Part shown: positions 38,980 to 51,535 of the stretch, in pieces
How positions within the stretch are numbered: position 1 is the stretch's first letter
How the letters are laid out: every line of letters begins with the position of its first letter
NCBI RefSeq assembly: GCF_003918875.1
Contig: NW_025765003.1
Span: forward strand, 868,001-932,000
Length of the DNA stretch: 64,000 bases
Origin: Haliotis rubra
Taxonomy: Eukaryota
Direction: 5' to 3'
Program-made: the position numbers and the translations under genes
The notes under the pieces: generated by a model
Told to the model about the DNA's origin: nothing
The model's input: the letters and a program-made list of their open reading frames with translations, nothing else
Database searches by the model: none

Positions 38980-39090
38980 TACCCATGGAGCGAAAGGTCG
39001 GGGTTCGAATCCCAGGCCAGTCATTCCTAAAGCCTTTACAAGACGCGTTACCTGCCTGGCACTCTTCTTTAAGGGGAATATACCAGACTA
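38980..39090 (+). mobile_element. Fragment of a different tRNA-derived SINE (Meta-domain-like)
   Basis: B-box ggttcgaatccc followed by gtcattcctaaagcctttac..ctgcctggcactc..taagggg. The family label is from memory. Confidence 0.5.
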
Positions 39091-41394
39091 ACATCAAGTC
39101 TCTGACATGAACATAGTACACAGAAACAACTGTTCATACAAAATAGTAATCATATTGTACAACTTAAAGGAGCACAGATACTTTCCTGAAACTGTGGAAA
39201 TCTAGACTTGCCACACATTCTCGACTTGCATGGGCTTTCTCTGATATATTTGTTTCAGGGTCTGTATGACAGACTAGGAATATACAAGTACCTATCGTTC
39301 AAAGTCAGTATACTGTGTCTGAGAGGGGTATCCAGAGTAAACCGACGGTATTTCAGTGGGCTAGCATTAGTAAACCCTCATTACTGGGGACTAGTGGGAA
39401 CTAGAACAAACTGCCAAACAGACACGCACACGCACGCACACACATCCTGGTGTTTAACACACACCATCGTCATACTGTATATATCATCCTACAAGTACCA
39501 AAAGCATGTTTCAAAATCCGCAATATGTAAAAACGCGATTACGGCCACTACATCCTGAAATTCACGAGTTCACAACCGGGATCAGCTGAGGTCACATTCT
39601 TTCCCTAGCAGACATTGTTGGAACCAATATTTGGGATATTCCATACAGATTCGGAACGGATGGACAGGTGCGTCTCTTTGATGTGAGCTGCCATTGTCTA
39701 AGTTATGACACCCAAGTGACAATATTCCCGATATGCTCCACTCACAGGAATTCAAAATATTCAGCCAATAATCTGCGTAAATATTGGTCACGTGATACGG
39801 TCAGCTCGCAAATATTAGTCACGTGACCTACATGTCCCTCCCAACGGCGTCTCGAATTCCAGGAATGTTGTCATAGAACTGAAGCATACTAACTCCAGCG
39901 TCAAAGCCGACTGGCTCATGTCACATGGTGGCTGAAGAAAAATCTTCGGAACGGTATTACCAGGAATGTGTTTCTAATATTCTCCCTCTGTAGTGTCTTT
40001 CAAATGTTATTCAGTAAAAAAAGTAATCTGTCTATCGTTCCGTGGGGAAACCATGTTGGCAAAAGTTCTGAAGAATACCGGACGGAAATATGTTTTTTTC
40101 ATATCCGGGGGTTAGAAAGACCGCAACTTGTAAGAACGTCAAAAAACACCGAAATATGAATATGTACCGTGAGTCACTACGGGGGCGAGCGGTGGCAGAA
40201 TTATAACATTTTGTTTTTCTATGATATTATAAAATAACGCGGAGGCTCACACCCTGCTTTGGGATGAGAACCAGATGGCACCCGGAAGTTGGGTATGCTT
40301 GCTATTTTCATATGGAACAATATCAAAACAGCTTGTCAGACGTGCAATGCCAGCTATTCACTTTATGATCTGATTCGCGTGCTGCCAAGCTCGGAGTCAA
40401 TAAGTGATGGTGGTTTTGGGGAGCGCTTCACCGCACTGGAAAGGACCGGAACGGTCAGCGTCCGAGACGGCAAACCATGGTCATCTGGAATTGGCGGCGA
40501 TGTATAACTGAACATGATGCGGCCAAATAGCAAACTGAGGCACGGTGATGATGGTTACATATCGCATTCTTTTCGAGACGTGTCGCGTTCTTTGTTTACT
40601 GACAATGTGTAATTTGAATGAAAATCAACAAATTTTACCCATAGCATCCGGTATTTATGGCTCTACGGCTATTTGTTCAAAATTGCTGACATCAACAAAA
40701 ACGTCCACACGTGTACCGGCTATGCCGATGTGGGGATCCGTTATTTGTCCGCTCGCTGAAATTCTGAAAAATATTGATACAGGCAGTTCAGTATTTGTTT
40801 GTTATCATTTACATGAGTAAAGGCTAACTCACAAACGAATTTTCTCGTGTTTTCTGCCTATAAGACGGGGTTAAAACATTCTCCGTGGCATTGTGAAATG
40901 AAACAGCGAAATGACTGTCGTATCTTTTCGTTAGCACGTATAACGTGTCATTCGGGGCCGACGACGACAAGTTAGGACTTTGAGACGTTTGCTTTGGGAT
41001 CAACACCGACGTTGGAAAACTGAATATTAGTTTATAATATTACTGTCAAAACGGGCGGATCAGGGGTCATAACGTTATCACGGTGTAAACGAGCGGTATT
41101 ATGTACTTTTCTCAAGACCCGACTCTTGTTAAAAGAAAATCACGACGTGGAAATATGGACATTGTTTATAGCATGTCCGACAACTGACTCCAAACGGTCG
41201 GGGTCAGTTCGACAACAGGGACAATAGAACCGTTGCATGTTATACAAGACAATTTACAGAGCTGTATAACTAAATACACCCATTTAATTCATAATATTTG
41301 GTGTTTTGAAGGACGATTCAATATTGTTCGGGCTATAAAAAACCTTCTGTAGAAAAGACACACAAGGTTCTCTGGAAACTGATCTCAGTGACTA

Positions 41395-42592
41395 AAACCT
41401 CTCATACACAGATGTAAAACGTCAAACCTCTCATACACATATGTAAAACGTCAAACCTCTCTCATACACAGATGTAAAACGTCAAGCCTCTCATACACAT
41501 ATGTAAACGTCAAACCTCTCATACACAGATGTAAAACGCCCAACATCTCTCATATACAGAGTTAAACGGCCAACATCTCTCATATACAGAGTAAAACGTC
41601 AAACCTCTCATACACAGATGTAAAACGTCAAACCTCTCTCATACACAGATGTAAACGTCAAACCTCTCATACACAGATGTAAACGTCAAACCTCTCATAC
41701 ACAGATGTAAACGTCAAGCCTCTCATACATATGTAAAACGTCAAACCCCTCTCATACACAGATGTAAACGTCAAACCTCTCATACACAGATGTAAACGTC
41801 AAACCTCTCATACACAGATGTAAACGTCAAACCTCTCATACACAGATGTAAACGTCAAACCTCTCATACACAGATGTAAAACGTCAAACCTCTCATACAC
41901 AGATATTGAACGTCCAACATCTCTCATACACAGATGTAAACGTCAAACCTCTCATACACAGATGTAAACGTCAAACCTCTCATACACAGATGTAAACGTC
42001 AAACCTCTCATACACAGATGTAAACGTCAAACCCTCTCATACACAGATCAAACGTCAAACTCTCTCATACACAGATGTAAACGTCAAACCTCTCATACAC
42101 AGATGTAAACGTCAAACCTCTCATACACAGATGTAAAACGTCAAACCTCTCATACACAGATGTAAAACGTCAAACCCTCTCATACACAGATATTGAACGT
42201 CCAACATCTCTCATACACAGATGTAAACGTCAAACCTCTCATACACAGATGTAAACGTCAAACCTCTCATACACAGATGTAAACGTCAAACCTCTCATAC
42301 ACAGATGTAAAACGTCAAACCTCTCATACACAGATGTAAAACGTCCAACATAGATGTAAAACTCTCATACATATGTGTAAAACGTCAAACCTCTCATACA
42401 CAGATAAACGTCAAAACGTCCAACTTCTCTCATACATATGTGTAAAACGTCAAACCTCTCATACACAGATATAAACGTCAAACCTCTCATACACAGATAT
42501 AAACGTCAAACCTCTCATACTCAGATGTAAAACGTCAAACCTCTCATACACAGATGTAAAACGTCCAACCTCTCTCATACACTGATGTAAAA
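41395..42592 (+). repeat. 28-30-bp minisatellite (aaacgtcaaacctctcatacacagatgt)
   Basis: Tandem array. Confidence 0.95.
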
Positions 42593-42632
42593 TGTCATCA
42601 TTTGAGGAAAGTTAGTGAGGTTGGTTTTATGT

Positions 42633-42781
42633 AGACTTGCACCAAGTGTCTAAGGTAATAATTAGTAGTTTAAATGATAATTTCTAAAAAATATAAATAA
42701 CCTTTACCTAGACTTGCCTTTAAAGGATAAAATTACTATACATCCATGGGTTTAGCCTTCAGTACAGCCTTGGAGCAAGGC
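42633..42781 (+). repeat. Dispersed repeat fragment, second copy at 50257-50421
   Basis: Shared tctaaggtaata..aaatgataa..ctagacttgcct..aattactatacatccatggg..cagtacagccttggag. Confidence 0.85.
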
Positions 42782-42879
42782 AAGGTTTTATGCTGTATTT
42801 AAGAATATACCGGCCACAACAGGATGGGTTCACACACTAGATCATGTCTTCGGCGTAGATACCTCAAGAGGTGCCGGTT

Positions 42880-43410
42880 TGGTGAGAGAGTTTGTACACG
42901 TGCGAATCCCTGCCTGGCATATGACATATTACTTCCGTGTGCGAGTGAAATTTGACGTTTTACGTCCGCGGATAAGATGAGTTTAACGTTGTAGGTCCGT
43001 AAATGAAAGGGGCTGCCGTTTTACGCCCGTGTATGAGAAGGGTTTGGGTGTTTTACCTCGGTGTGTAAGAGGGGTTTGACGTTTTACGTCCGGGTATGAG
43101 AGGGTTTGACGTTTACTTACGTGTGCATGAGGGTTTTGGTGTTTTACTTCGGTGTCTACCAGCGGGTTGACCTTTTACTTCCGTGTAAAAGAGTGATTTG
43201 ACGTTTTCAGTGTATAAGAGGGGTTTGACGTTTTACTCACATGTGCATGAGGGATTTGGTGTTTTACTTCGGTGTATACGAGGGGTTTGACGTCTTACTT
43301 CCGTGTGAAAGAGTGATTTGACGTTTTCGGTGTATAAGAGGGGTTTGACGTTTTACTTACACGTGAATGAGCGGTTTGGTGTTTTACTTCGGTATATACG
43401 AGGGGTTTTA
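42880..43410 (-). repeat. Diverged inverted copy of the 41395-42592 minisatellite
   Basis: gtatgagagggtttgacgtttt units are the reverse complement of aaaacgtcaaaccctctcatac. Confidence 0.85.
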
Positions 43411-44534
43411 CCCCCATAAATGTGACTATAGTACTGTCGGAAATAGAAAAAACACTTTTTTCACATTTATATCTACAATTTTGGTAGTTATTATGTGAAA
43501 GTGTGAAATATCTGTAAAACTAAGTTCGGCCTAACTACAGTCTCAGTGGGAGGGAGATAGGAAATGTTAAAGAAGGATTTTACTGAGGAGAGATTAGTGC
43601 AGAAATGAGCAATGCGGTTTTTTTCAAAGTCTGAAGCGACTTATTTGGAGCAGACCATGGCTTTATGCAAATTAATGTGCGATGATATTGTATAACAAAT
43701 GACACTTTTTTGAATATCCATTATCAAAATTAGACTTAGTTTTATTGTAAACTATAGCAGATGTAAAAAATAACAACTTTAATGCTGAAACTATTAAGGA
43801 GATAGATACCATTGAGTCTCACCATCACTATAAAAAGAAACAGGTAGGAGGGGTCGTCTCAAAAGCAACACCGAGACGGGTGTTGCTGACAGTAGTTAGG
43901 GTCGGGCTTGGGGATAGAGGCATTAGCTACGATTAGATAATCAATAGAGACATATTCAATAGACATGAAAAAGCATGAAATATATCTGAGATGAGCCCTT
44001 GTGTCTCTGAGCAGCACGTGCATTTCATGTCAAGTGAGTCGACGGTCCGTCGTCATACCTGGCTGAGCGACCTAATTGCCATCTATAGTCTGATCTATTG
44101 TTTTCAGCAGCTATTCGTATTTTTTCTAAGTTTCGCCCGATTTTACGAATAAACATGCTTTTCTGGATAACCTATTACGCATCCCCCTGAACGCCCAGTT
44201 AGGCCAATATGGGTTATTTCGACATATGCTATTTGCATATTTTTTTTTTCTATTTCCGACAGTACTTTAGTTTTACGTCAGCTATGGATTTGTTAGCTGT
44301 GTCACGATATTTCATATTGACTAATGCTGTTGGGAGAAACGTTTGCACACGACCCCGGTGCACGACGACACACCGGCAGTCAGGCTCCGATGGATAGGAA
44401 ACTGATAGTTAACTATCCTACCCATTCCTTAACAATCTTTATTTCCGTCACGGCCACCCGATCTCCATTTGTGCCTTTGTGGTTTGCATATGTGTTTCGA
44501 TTAAATGAACTGATATGTTACTTTCAGAACATAA

Positions 44535-44789
44535 ACCCGTGAATGTCCGGGTTAGACTATTGATCTTCAGTATCCCATGCTTGTCGTAAGAGGCGACTAA
44601 CGGGATCGGGTGGTCAGGCTCGCTGACTTGGTTGACACATGTCATCGTTTCCCAATTGCGCAGATCGATGTTCATGTTGTTGATCACTGGATTGTCTGGT
44701 CCAGACTCGATTATTAACAGACCGCCGCCATATAGCCGAAATATGGTGGAGTTCTGCGTAAAACTAAACTCACTCACTCACTCACTCAC
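44535..44789 (+). mobile_element. SINE-B, full length
   Basis: TSD tcagaacataa at 44524-44534 and 44790-44800. Confidence 0.93.
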
Positions 44790-45123
44790 TCAGAACATAA
44801 TGATTACAGACACTTTCGGACGCTTTATAAAGAACTTTTATCAAAGAGTTAAATGCCCTCATCTGAAACTGACCTTATGTAACTCAACATTTTACAAAAA
44901 ATGTCTTGCAGAACTGTTGACAGCATATTGACGTAAAACTGGTCAAACAAGATGCTATTTTCATTGAAACAATAACGTTAAAAGCAAATAGATCACTCTG
45001 AAGAAACTGCACTGGCTGGGTGGGTTAGATCACTGACTTTCTGTGCTGAGACAGTAGGTTCGAATCCCAGATGAGACTCAACCTGACAAAATACTAGAAC
45101 CTGTACTTTACTGAGAAAGTGTA

Positions 45124-45274
45124 GTGAGTGAGTTTTGTTTTACGCCGCTTTTAGCAATATTCCAGCAATATCACGGCGGGGGACACCAGAAATGGGCTTC
45201 ACACAATGTACCCATGTGGGGAATCGAACCCGGCCTTCGGCGAACGCTTTAACCATTATGCTACCCCACCGCCC
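45124..45274 (-). mobile_element. SINE-A inserted into an older tRNA-like element (B-box ggttcgaatccc at ~45057)
   Basis: 13-bp TSD ctgagaaagtgta at 45111-45123 and 45275-45287. Confidence 0.92.
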
Positions 45275-47027
45275 CTGAGAAAGTGTAATCCCAAAATATA
45301 ACATATGTTACATCTGACCACTTTCTAAATGGCATTGTTTAATCATAGATCACTCCATAGATTCTTAAATCGAGATACTGTTGAAAGGCTGGCAAATATG
45401 TTTGTAAGAATTGTCTTCCGGTGTTCGTGGTCAAGGGGAAATAACTCTTGTTTTCGGTAATTAGTAACATGTCTATGAACATTTTAAGAGTCAAAATTAT
45501 GAAATAATTCAAAATCGGGACACAAGATCTGGATAACACAGCTCACTTAGATTACACGACCAAACATACAATGGTAATTCCCGGCAGCGTGCATTTCAAG
45601 ACTTTATATTTAGAGTGGTGTATAAATCAAGATGTTTCTCCACTTGCTTGTAATCTGACAAATGACAGTGAGTTGAGTGTCATAATAAAAGAAAATAGAC
45701 GTCAGCTAAAACCGCCATCTCGTAAAGTCTCGTAACTCATCGATTATTCTCGTATTAGCGTGTATCTCACCTGCACGTTCAGCGTCTACCGGAATTAAGC
45801 ACGCGCTGCCAGCGTACAGCAGTCCCGTGATTTGAATGAAGAGTAGCGATAATGATATGAAGAATAATAATACTCTGTACCCTTAGCGATGCTGGCAAAC
45901 CTTCCTCCTCATCAAAGCGACATGGCGAAGCTGAAGAGTAGTTATCGTAAATAACGACATGGGTTTGATCAGCCACTACAACACAAATCCATTATGTACA
46001 ATTATTTGATTATTTTCCTGCTCTCTATGCCTCGTCAAATAAACATTCTGCGCTTTTATGAAACTAATAATTTTTCTGTATGAAACCAGTTCACGTTTGT
46101 TCCCAAGACTGTTTGAGTCCGTTGCTAATATACTTCCCTTTGATCTGCACGTGCAGGCCGTGGCTCGTGCAACGACCGGCCCACTGACGCTACGATGCAC
46201 ATACGACATCCTATCCCACAAGCGCCAAGCCTGTTCCACCGGCGGAGATGATATCTTTGATACGACGTCACGTTGACGAGCTTACGGTCAGTAAAACGCA
46301 CTATCTATAGTAACTTTTCATGTTACGATGGGAGAGTTTCCTCAGAGTATATACCGACTGAATATTACGTCTTTTGGTCTATTAAATCGAATCCGCATTC
46401 GGAAATACGCATCGCATCTGGCAATTTATACCATTTCCACCGATACCTCATTAATGGCGTGTTTTACAGTAAAGTTATTTCAACATTTAGCAATTATCCT
46501 GTTGATCATGATGGGCACAATAAATCTCGGTGTATAAAAATAACATTAATCGAAAACATGACGTGTCTAAGGCCCACTGATGGACAGTAATTGTTGGACA
46601 TGGTTTGGACATTTCGATAAAATGTCATTACCAATTAACTGGGATTAGATGAGTTAAATATGTATTGTAATCATTAATAGTGTTTGAGTTTCTACAAACA
46701 TAATGTTCTGCCCATAATGTCGTAAATTCTTCAGAATGAAAAGAGGGCACTTATATGAAATCTGTTAAAAAGCGGAAAGACCAAATTAACACCTTTGGTT
46801 TAAATGCATTATATGCGAAAATAATTCGATATTGTCAGAAATATATGACAGTTTTATTTCTAGCCAGTAGGCATGATAATTCGCATTCCAGATTGGGTTC
46901 TTTCTTATCCACCCGTGGGCCACGTCGACAAGGGAGATAACTCGACCTTTTTGTGATGTCGCTCAGCAACCATGTATCTTCGAGTTTTTCTCCCGAATTG
47001 ATAAGATCTTTTTCTTATACACACGAA

Positions 47028-47178
47028 GGGTTGCCCAGTGGTTTAAGGTTTCACAGTTGGCTCTGCAGTGTTTGGTCTCTTTTACATGGGTTCGAATCCC
47101 AGACTGGCCCTGAATTCGATCAGTTTTTTTACACCACATCGCCCATTGGCTTTGGGGTTCATGTTAAAATAACAACCG
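47028..47178 (+). mobile_element. tRNA-derived SINE or tRNA pseudogene of another family
   Basis: A-box ttgcccagtgg, B-box ggttcgaatccc with long spacing, and tail gttaaaataacaacc. Confidence 0.55.
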
Positions 47179-47179
47179 A

Positions 47180-47760
47180 GTCACGGTTTGATGTCCCATC
47201 CAATGGGTCATGACTTCATGTCCCTAAAAGCGTGTCAAGGTTTGATGTCCTATCAAGCGGGTCACGGCTTCATGTCCCAAAAGGCGGGTCATGGTTTGAG
47301 GCCCCATCCAATGGGTCACGGTTTGATGTCCCCAAAAGCGTGTCACGGCTCGATGTCCCATCCCATAAGTCACGGCTTCATGTCTCAAGAAGCGTGTCAC
47401 GGCTCGATGTCCCATCCCATAGGTCGATGCTTCATGTCCCAAGAAGCGTGTCACGGCTCGATGTCCCATCCCATAGGTCACGGCTCGATGTCCCATCCTA
47501 TAAGTCACGGCTTCATGTCTCAAGAAGCGTGTCACGGCTCGATGTCCCATCCCATAAGTCACGGCTTCATGTCTCAAGAAGCGTGTCACGGCTCGATGTC
47601 CCATCCCATAGGTCGATGCTTCATGTCCCAAGAAGCGTGTCACGGCTCGATGTCCCATCCCATAGGTCACGGCTCGATGTCCCATCCTATAAGTCACGGC
47701 TTCATGTCTCAAGAAGCGTGTCACGGCTCGATGTCCCATCTCATAGGTCACGGCTTCCCA
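47180..47760. repeat. 27-bp two-variant minisatellite with a 189-bp higher-order unit
   Basis: gtcacggctcgatgtcccatcccataa and gtcacggcttcatgtctcaagaagcgt. Confidence 0.93.
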
Positions 47761-49627
47761 TCTCGCCTGGCTGCATTAGTGTGATTTCTTATTCCAAAAT
47801 GATCAGAATAATCAGAATTTTCATAGCCGAATGTTATTTTGGCCCTCGAAGAAAGACAGACAAATCCCACCAGTGCGCCATAATATACAATTACCAAATG
47901 AAATTCCAGACACCCAGTGCAGCATCTTCAGACTTGGTCGGACATTCAGCGACAACCAACCTCCGTTATGTTCTATTTTGCGATATGATATTACCCTGTC
48001 AACTGCTAATAGATGCCGTCGAACGTCTGTCGATCATACCCCAGACGGTTGCTCGTGTTAAACGTGTCTAATGAGGGATTGAAGAATCCTAGAAAAACAG
48101 AAGGAAGTGATCCATAACCCTATGTTATTGGGGGCAGAATACCAGGTCATTTCTGCGCCAGATACAAACAGGTCTGACATGCCTTGGACATAACACGGAA
48201 ATCATTTCAATACGTCCGCCAAGAAAATTGACGCTCCGATTATACTCTGTATGTGAAGACCAAAACCCAATATCCTGAGTATGATAAATTGCTGTATAAT
48301 AACCAGTTTAAATAATGTCAAATATGGAAATAACCGATCGGGATAATCTCCAAGATTGCCCCCAAACAGTATCAGTCCATTATACCCCATCAGGCGATTT
48401 CCTTTCGTGTTTATGCTCTATGATCAAAATTCACTTAGTTCCAAAGATCAATTTCATGTAGCTATCAGATAATAGACGGGTTATTAACATGGCAGATTCA
48501 AATCAACACAATCAGTCATTACACTTTGTATGTCGATTTCATGGATGAACAATGTCGGCCTTTATCGTTTATTCTTCATTTATGTATTCTGTAATAAGCC
48601 AGGGTAAGCGACGCGCTTGATGGATGTTAAAGGATTATTACTGGTGAGATTTTGAAAGCGGGATCATCGAAAACTAGGACCAGGCTTTTTCCACTCATTT
48701 TGTAGCCGGATTCGGCTCATATGAGGCAATTTAACGTAGTTTTAGAAATTTCATTTTCTACTTTATGATTGTCCGTGTCGTGTATTTTGTCCTTTGATGT
48801 TTGAGCTATAAATTATCTGAAGGTTGCGGTTTATGACTAGAGAAAACAAGCACACAAGGCAACGCAGCCGGGGGATATTTTCTCTTGTTTATGAAAAAGC
48901 CACATATTGTTGACTTAAACTTTATTTAGATTGTCGTATTCTCTGTTTCGCTTGGCGTCTGTCATGGCATCTCCATAACGGTCATTGATACGTCACTTTA
49001 AAGGAACATTTTGCGTCGGGTTAAAAACCCGTCACCAATAGCAAAACAAATGTAGCCATTTTGGAAATTAGAGAGGGGACCAAAGGGAATGATGGTATGT
49101 TTTTCTCTCGCCCAAAATGATAGATTGTCATATGAGATATCGGGCTGTAATAGATTGAGTGGCCGTTATGGCTTTCAATACAAACTCTCGTCACTGAATT
49201 CCCAATGATTCAACCTGATGAATTTATCTGAGTCAATAGCAATGACCCTGTTGGCGAATAAGCTGCTTTGGGCGCGGTTGTAATACCTCATCAGAAAGAG
49301 TGAATTAAAAAATAGAAACGAGAAATACCACCAACAAAGGATTCTGAATACCCTCCAGCTCCTCTACGACGTCAATATCAGGTCAGCTTCAACATTGTTA
49401 GTGAGAGTGTGGTTTGATGGCAATATTACAGCAATGTCAAGACGAGGGATATCAGGAACTGGCTCCATACGTGAAGGCAGCGGGAAGGGACGTGTTCGTT
49501 GACAAGCAGGTCATGCAATGTAACCACGCGATAATTAGGCTGCTACGACCAGTATTAGAGATACTTGGGTCTTTTCTTACACATGGTCAGTCATGATTTT
49601 TATACTTGCCATCACTTCACAGATAAT

Positions 49628-49874
49628 ATCCGTGAAGGTCCGGGTTAGAATATTGGCCTTCAGTAACCCATGGTTGTCTTAAGAGGCGACTAACGGGTTC
49701 GGGTGGTCAGGCTCGCTGACTGGGTTGACACATGTCATCGGTTCCCAATTGCGCAGATCGATGCTCATGCTGTTGATCACTGGACTGTCTGGTCCAGACT
49801 CGATTATTCACAGACCGCCGCTATGTAGCTGGAATATTGCTGAGTGCGGCGTAAAACTAAACTCACTCACTCAC
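49628..49874 (+). mobile_element. SINE-B, full length, with a compensatory change in the head stem
   Basis: TSD tcacttcacagata. Head stem gaaggtc/ggccttc. Confidence 0.93.
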
Positions 49875-49936
49875 TCACTTCACAGATATGGAATGTAATA
49901 ATGGAGTGTTCTATCGGAGGACGAGTTAAAAAATAT

Positions 49937-50080
49937 TGATGATGATGATGATGATGTTGATGATGGCCCATCCATTGATCCATCCAACCATCAGCCTATC
50001 TATTTGTCCATCCATTCATCAATCCATCCGTCCGTCCGTCCGTCCGTCCGTCCGTTCGTTCGTTCGTTCGTTCATTCATT
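49937..50080. repeat. Microsatellites (gat)n, (tcca)n, (tccg)n, (ttcg)n
   Basis: Directly visible. Confidence 0.9.
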
Positions 50081-50487
50081 CACACCATTTTCAACTCTAC
50101 GGATCAGGGTTATTCCTACAGAATTCTGAATTATTCCCAACTGCGATGGGGACTCCTAAGAAGTTACGTCCCTTGGGCATGCCAGGAACCTCTGAATCCA
50201 ATATTTGCCCCCCAATCGTTTCCAGGTTTCACCAAATAGGTAAACGTATGAGATTAGACCTGCACAAGCATCTAAGGTAATATTCATAGTATAAATGATA
50301 ACTTCTAAAAAATATAAATAAGAGACTGGCGTACTGTCCGCTTATCTAGACTTGCCTCTTTAAAGGACAGAATTACTATACATCCATGGGCTGAGCCGTC
50401 AGTACAGCCTTGGAGAAAGGCTAGTCTGAGAAAGGCTAGTCTGAGACCTGCGCCTCTTCGGGCTTGATACCCACATGAAACTGACTC

Positions 50488-50645
50488 AGCGTTCGTTCGT
50501 CACGCCAAAGACCCGGGTTCGATTCTCCACATGGTCACAATATGTGAAGCCCATTTCTGGTGACGCCCGTCGTCATATTGCTGTAATATTGCTAAATATA
50601 AGGTTGAAATGCATGTCCGTGCGGCGTAAAACCTAACTCGCTCGC
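50488..50645 (+). mobile_element. SINE-A, 5'-truncated
   Basis: gcgttcgttcgtcacgccaaagacccgggttcgattc...gcggcgtaaaacctaactcgctc. Confidence 0.85.
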
Positions 50646-51535
50646 AACGCTTTAGCCCGAAGGTGGGTAGGATTAAGCAAGAGGATCAACATTTTGGTGA
50701 AGCAGTGTTTTTTTTTCTTTCATGTGAACACAATATAACGGTGAACACACGTATCGCCATGAAAGCCGAGATTAACCCAGATTAGCGACTGTTGTGTGCG
50801 TGCTTCCATATCTTTATTTGTTTGGCCATACTTTCTGAGCTTGTTTCAAACAGTGATTGATTATAATCCTATAGTCATACTCTCTCTTGTCACCGGAAGG
50901 CCTCGTGGGAATTCTGGGAATAAATAGGCTAGCGGTATGCAATGCTTGTCGTGAAGCCTGTTTGATTGCAACTTCTAGAGGTTATAAACATAATATCTCG
51001 TTTATTCCGTGTCAACGCATCGTAATGTTAAATATCGTTACTCATATTATTGATCACTGGTTTTCATGACCCAGACTCGGAACGTTTACGTGTTATTTTT
51101 ATAAAGATGTAGAATCGCCCACTGTGGCATACATCAAAACCGCCAAACTCGCAAAGTTAAATGTGTCTCAAAATATAAGTCTCATTACACACAGCCATTT
51201 TAAGACTTAACTTAATCCTTGAATTTACAACTGTGGCCATCTTAATGCCATATACATGCTTTGAAAATTGGGATTGGATAGCCACGTACTGCTAGGGGTG
51301 GATTCTCTTTGGGTGCTCATGCCATCAACAGCTGGTTGTGATCTGGGCCACTCTAGCACGTGCCTAAACGCCGCGAATAGGGACAAGTAGCGACTGCCTA
51401 TCAAATACTATTTTTCGACTGGGAGATTATATGGCACAGCCCTAGTATGATGTATTCCTGTGGAGGATGACCAGATCCAAAGTGCCCCATCACCCTGTGT
51501 GGATTCAGGGACGGGAAGAATCCCAAGTATCCCAA

